Shown here: positions 60,203 to 64,000 of the stretch, piece by piece
Layout of the letters: the number at the start of each line of letters is the position of its first letter
Position numbering within the stretch: position 1 is the stretch's first letter
Assembly (NCBI GenBank): GCA_965228855.1
Contig: CBDDIJ010000002.1
Location: forward strand, 640,001-704,000
Source of the DNA: Candidatus Obscuribacterales bacterium
Lineage (GTDB): Bacteria; Cyanobacteriota; Vampirovibrionia; Obscuribacterales; Obscuribacteraceae
DNA length: 64,000 bases
Direction: 5' to 3'
Position numbers and translations under genes: made by a program
Notes under the pieces: model-generated
What the model saw: the letters and a program-made list of their open reading frames with translations, nothing else
The model's database searches: none
What the model was told of the DNA's origin: nothing

Positions 60203-61456
60203 ATGAATTACTCTTCCTTATCCTGGGCAGGAATTGAAAACGGAATTCCGCATCCGACTTTAGACACGCAAAACATCAAACACACTCTGCGCGACTTCTT
60301 TGTTGATAACGCGCAAGCCGGTTTGGACATCATCAAGGATCAGGTCAAAAAGACTGTATATAACGATAAGAACTTAGACCTTCCCGAACTCTCGTTCTTC
60401 AAGTCGCCGGAGACAAACAGTTCAGCCAATTCGCCGACCGCACGCCACAGCCAGCTTGATGGTTTTTCAAAGGTTTCGAACAGCGGCGCACGTGACGGCG
60501 GATTTGTTCACGCCGACAATGTTGGCGATAGAACAACCGCGCCGTTAAAGGTCGAAAAAGGATTCGACAAGAAATTCGAAATAACCTCTGACGGCAGAGA
60601 GCGCGAATACACGCTTCACGTGCCGCCCGGCTACGACGGCAAAACGCCCATGCCACTAGTGGTGGTGCTGCACGGACTCTCTCAAGACGCTGATTCGATT
60701 GCAAAACTTTCCGCGATGTCAGAAAAGGCCGACAAAGAAGGTTTCATCGTAGCCTACCCGAATGCCACCAAGTGGCTCGGCGTGAGTTCTCTCCGCGCCT
60801 GGGACGTGGATAACGGAGTACAAATCCCCGGCACTGATTCAAACGACGTCGGCTTCGTGCGTAACATGGTAAACGCGATCAAAGACAACATGGCAGTCGA
60901 TGATAAGCGGGTTTTCGCAGCCGGCTTTTCAAACGGTGGAATGTTGACCTACAAATTAGCTAGCGAAATGTCGGACACATTTTCTGCCGTAGCTGTTGTC
61001 GCAGGCGGATCTGATGGGAAGGAAACAAAACCCAGCAATGACGTTTCGGTAATGGCGATTCACGGAAGCCGCGATCACGTCGTCCCGAAAGACGGCTCGT
61101 GGTTTGGTTCTCGGCTAGTCGATCTAGGAGTTCCAGATTTCCAATCCTTCAAAGATTCATTCAAACACTGGAAAGAATTCATCGGCGTTGAAGAGAAACC
61201 GGACTTCTACAAAGACCAGGATGTCTTCTCGGCTCGCGCGGTAAATCAGAAAACCGGCGCCGAAGTGGTTTCGTACGTTGTTGAAGGCGGCAAACACGAG
61301 TGGCCGGGAAGCGCGAGAGCAATCAAGACGAATCCAAACAGCGCCGAAGCGCGTTTCAATGCGACCGACAAAATCTGGGACTTCTTCAAGGCTCATCCTA
61401 GAAAACAAGACACGAAGCCGCAAGCGCCTCGGTCAGCAGATCCGCTGGTTGCATAG
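60203..61456 (+). CDS. LpqC/PHB depolymerase-family alpha/beta hydrolase
   Basis: PLVVVLHG, FIVAYPN, GFSNGG, IHGSRD, GGKHEWPG, IWDFF. Confidence 0.9.
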   Translation: MNYSSLSWAGIENGIPHPTLDTQNIKHTLRDFFVDNAQAGLDIIKDQVKKTVYNDKNLDLPELSFFKSPETNSSANSPTARHSQLDGFSKVSNSGARDGGFVHADNVGDRTTAPLKVEKGFDKKFEITSDGREREYTLHVPPGYDGKTPMPLVVVLHGLSQDADSIAKLSAMSEKADKEGFIVAYPNATKWLGVSSLRAWDVDNGVQIPGTDSNDVGFVRNMVNAIKDNMAVDDKRVFAAGFSNGGMLTYKLASEMSDTFSAVAVVAGGSDGKETKPSNDVSVMAIHGSRDHVVPKDGSWFGSRLVDLGVPDFQSFKDSFKHWKEFIGVEEKPDFYKDQDVFSARAVNQKTGAEVVSYVVEGGKHEWPGSARAIKTNPNSAEARFNATDKIWDFFKAHPRKQDTKPQAPRSADPLVA

Positions 61457-62067
61457 TTTCACGGCACTCTCTCAAAACAGATATACAAGGCGCACACAGC
61501 TTTGTGATTCATTTTTCGCAGAATAAGTAGTCGCGAAATGTTTTACCACTCACCTCCCGAAACGTTCGCTTCGTAAAGCTTTCGGAAATTACACTACAAC
61601 GGATGAAACAGAATATTCATTACCAGCCACCTCAAAAACACAAACCGCCCGATCCCGAAATGCCGATAAATAAAGGGATTGTTAAAGCTAGCGCGACAGT
61701 CTAGCGCTACCCGCGTCATCGCCTGTCCGGGTGATTTCTGATTGTAATCCGCATGGTTAGCCAAGTTACGAATGCTTTATGAAGCATCGCAATCAATAGC
61801 CCTGGCACGGCTTTCCGCCTGTCCGAACCGACACTCATTTACTTCAAAATTCGTAACCGCAAGGTGGGTAATGGTTGTGACTAGGTGATAGGAACGTGGA
61901 GTCATCATCTCGCAGACACTCATCAGGAAGAAAACGACTCAGCAGCCAGCGGCAAACCAAGAAGAATTCCCGACGTAGCCAAACGTGCTGCGCAGAGTGG
62001 CTTGCTGTTTACACTTCCGTGATTGTCGCGTGATGACATCCATCAACAATTGAAAGAGAGAACACAT

Positions 62068-63384
62068 ATGAAACGAGCAATAACCATGCTCGGAGCCGTC
62101 GCGGCGCTCGCGGTTGGTTTCCTTTTCGCTGCGCCGGCCAATGCGACCCCACCAGTCTGTAACCCATACGTTGTGTCAACTCGACCTACGCAATGGCCCG
62201 CTATCAATGCGACGAGCAGTTATTTCTACAACTGTCAGAGCAATACGGCGAAACGTGATGTCGTTGAAGCTCAGCTTCACGATTTGCCAGCTCACATAAA
62301 ATCCATCTTGCAGACTAGAGGGGCGAAGTTTTATCTGTATGATACGCCCGCAAACGCAAACCAAGATCCTTTGTTTCTGGGAGCGTTTGATGATGGGCAG
62401 TCCGGTTCTACACTCTCGACCGGAACAAACCCCAGGTCCGCGATTGTCACAGAGGTCTCGCACGGTGCAAACCCGTCCGAAGTACTTTCTGACTCAATGC
62501 TGCGAGTTACGACCGCTCATGAAGCTGGCCATCACCTGGATTATATCTGGAGAACAGTCCCGACGCCCAGCGCAGAAGAGCTCACCTTGTCGAAACGATT
62601 CGTCGATTTGTATGCACATGATCTGTTTTTGCTCAACTACACATGGAATGGAGTCACAACTCCCACACCTCGCCCTCCCTGTGGTTTGAGTGGTGTCTTC
62701 TACATGGTCAGAGACCCTCTGGTTAACGGTTTCATCTGCTCGGGCACTAATGGAACAGGAGCAACTGTACAACCAGTATTCCTTGGCCTCACAAACGCCG
62801 AAATTCTCCAAGATGTTTTTCCAGGTAAATTCAGCAGAAAAGATGCGACTGCTTATGTTGAAGGTCTAGTGTCCCCAACTGATTCGTACCAAATTACGTT
62901 CACCAATGCTGATCTGCCTGGGGGATCAGTGCAGGTCTCGTATACGGCCGCACCCGGTGACGATGAAACGGATGTTAGAGACGCACTAATTGCCGAGATT
63001 AATAATCATGTGGACTTGCAAGTCCAAAACATCCATGCTGTCGCTACGTCAGTAAGCTCGTTTAGCGTGATAGCTGACACGGTCAAACTGACATACTTCA
63101 CTCAGAGTTCCAGTTCTACCTCAAGTTTTATCACTCTGAAATCGGGAGAAATTGCCGAATTCTTTTCAGAAAAGGTTGCCATTCGGTGGGCGACACCGCT
63201 AACGCCATATAACACTGGAGATGGACCTTTCACCCGTGAAACTGCCGCTCTGGATAAGTTCCTCCAGTCAACGTTCTCGTGCACAGGAACGTATCTGTCC
63301 AGCTTGATCGCTAATTCGACCGAACCTTCAGTCTACAGTGCATTCTGCATAAACGCTTTGCCAGCGGGATATTCTTTCCCCTAA
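62068..63384 (+). CDS. Secreted protein with HExxH zincin motif
   Basis: Signal peptide ending ANA; TAHEAGHHLDY; distal AEFFSE. Confidence 0.7.
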   Translation: MKRAITMLGAVAALAVGFLFAAPANATPPVCNPYVVSTRPTQWPAINATSSYFYNCQSNTAKRDVVEAQLHDLPAHIKSILQTRGAKFYLYDTPANANQDPLFLGAFDDGQSGSTLSTGTNPRSAIVTEVSHGANPSEVLSDSMLRVTTAHEAGHHLDYIWRTVPTPSAEELTLSKRFVDLYAHDLFLLNYTWNGVTTPTPRPPCGLSGVFYMVRDPLVNGFICSGTNGTGATVQPVFLGLTNAEILQDVFPGKFSRKDATAYVEGLVSPTDSYQITFTNADLPGGSVQVSYTAAPGDDETDVRDALIAEINNHVDLQVQNIHAVATSVSSFSVIADTVKLTYFTQSSSSTSSFITLKSGEIAEFFSEKVAIRWATPLTPYNTGDGPFTRETAALDKFLQSTFSCTGTYLSSLIANSTEPSVYSAFCINALPAGYSFP

Positions 63385-63998
63385 TTGGCTGTATTGCCTC
63401 CGGGAGGGATTTCGCCCTCCCGGAGTCTGTACTTTGTCTTGATAATCTTGGCTTGATTCACTATTTGGTCATGTGAAAAAGAGTTAGGAGCACTCAGAAA
63501 TGGAGCCCAGTCCTCATATATCTTTCCTAGCTTCATCAACACAACTTCTTTTTCAGTCCCGAGAGATGCAAGATTACTTACAGATCGCAGCTCTTTCGTT
63601 TTGAAAATTCCCGCGAATGAAAGTGGAACCAAGTGTACAAGCGCATCTCCCCTTAGCTCCGGATTAATTCGACGGAATTCTAACAACGAGTTATCTGAAG
63701 ATATGAATCTGTTTCCTTCAAAAAGGTGAAGAAAAACGTCGTTGGAGGATAGTGGTTTACGCATGCCTGCTTGATACAGAGCCTCCAGGCAGGCAACTTC
63801 GGTCTGTAGATCACCAGACCAACGGTCAATTTTGGGGTTTTTGATAAGACCATTTTGGTCTCTCTCAAATTTAATCCCTAACTCACCGCCTGACTCTGGC
63901 AATTTTTCCAAAGCCAGCAGCATATATACATCCCTCCTGAGAGCAGCATGCTGAGCGCTTTCTCCCCGAGGCTTATGATTTATAAAAGCTTCGTTTTT
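63381..63998 (-). CDS. Hypothetical protein with TonB C-terminal-like segment (5' partial)
   Basis: Frame open to the window end; IKFERDQNGLIKNPKIDRWSGD..ACLEAL. Confidence 0.5.
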   Translation of the reverse strand, partial: KNEAFINHKPRGESAQHAALRRDVYMLLALEKLPESGGELGIKFERDQNGLIKNPKIDRWSGDLQTEVACLEALYQAGMRKPLSSNDVFLHLFEGNRFISSDNSLLEFRRINPELRGDALVHLVPLSFAGIFKTKELRSVSNLASLGTEKEVVLMKLGKIYEDWAPFLSAPNSFSHDQIVNQAKIIKTKYRLREGEIPPGGNTAN

Positions 63999-64000
63999 CG

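Overview
64-kb bacterial chromosomal window with no rRNA, tRNA, CRISPR array, transposase or prophage that I can recognise. Gene style suggests Melainabacteria/Obscuribacterales, which is weak inference. It holds about 45 CDSs: MFS, GH25, DsbD-Trx, FtsH, an ABC-GH144-GH1 operon, TerC, two Rieske oxygenases, ZIP, ACMSD and a hybrid kinase. A roughly 19-kb metal-regulated region (about 41-60 kb) carries two Fur-family regulators, Fur/Zur-like boxes and an uncharacterised PLP/sulfur-relay biosynthetic operon. The strongest unexplained signal is a dispersed intergenic element at 8 loci. It consists of a 52-bp palindromic core (TGTCnn-N9-GACGG-N12-CCGTC-N9-nnGACA) flanked by inverted CTACTATA/TATAGTAG boxes at 99-103 or 113-114 bp, is poorly conserved in between, and is often locally tandem-duplicated. 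All calls come from motif recognition by eye; no searches were run.
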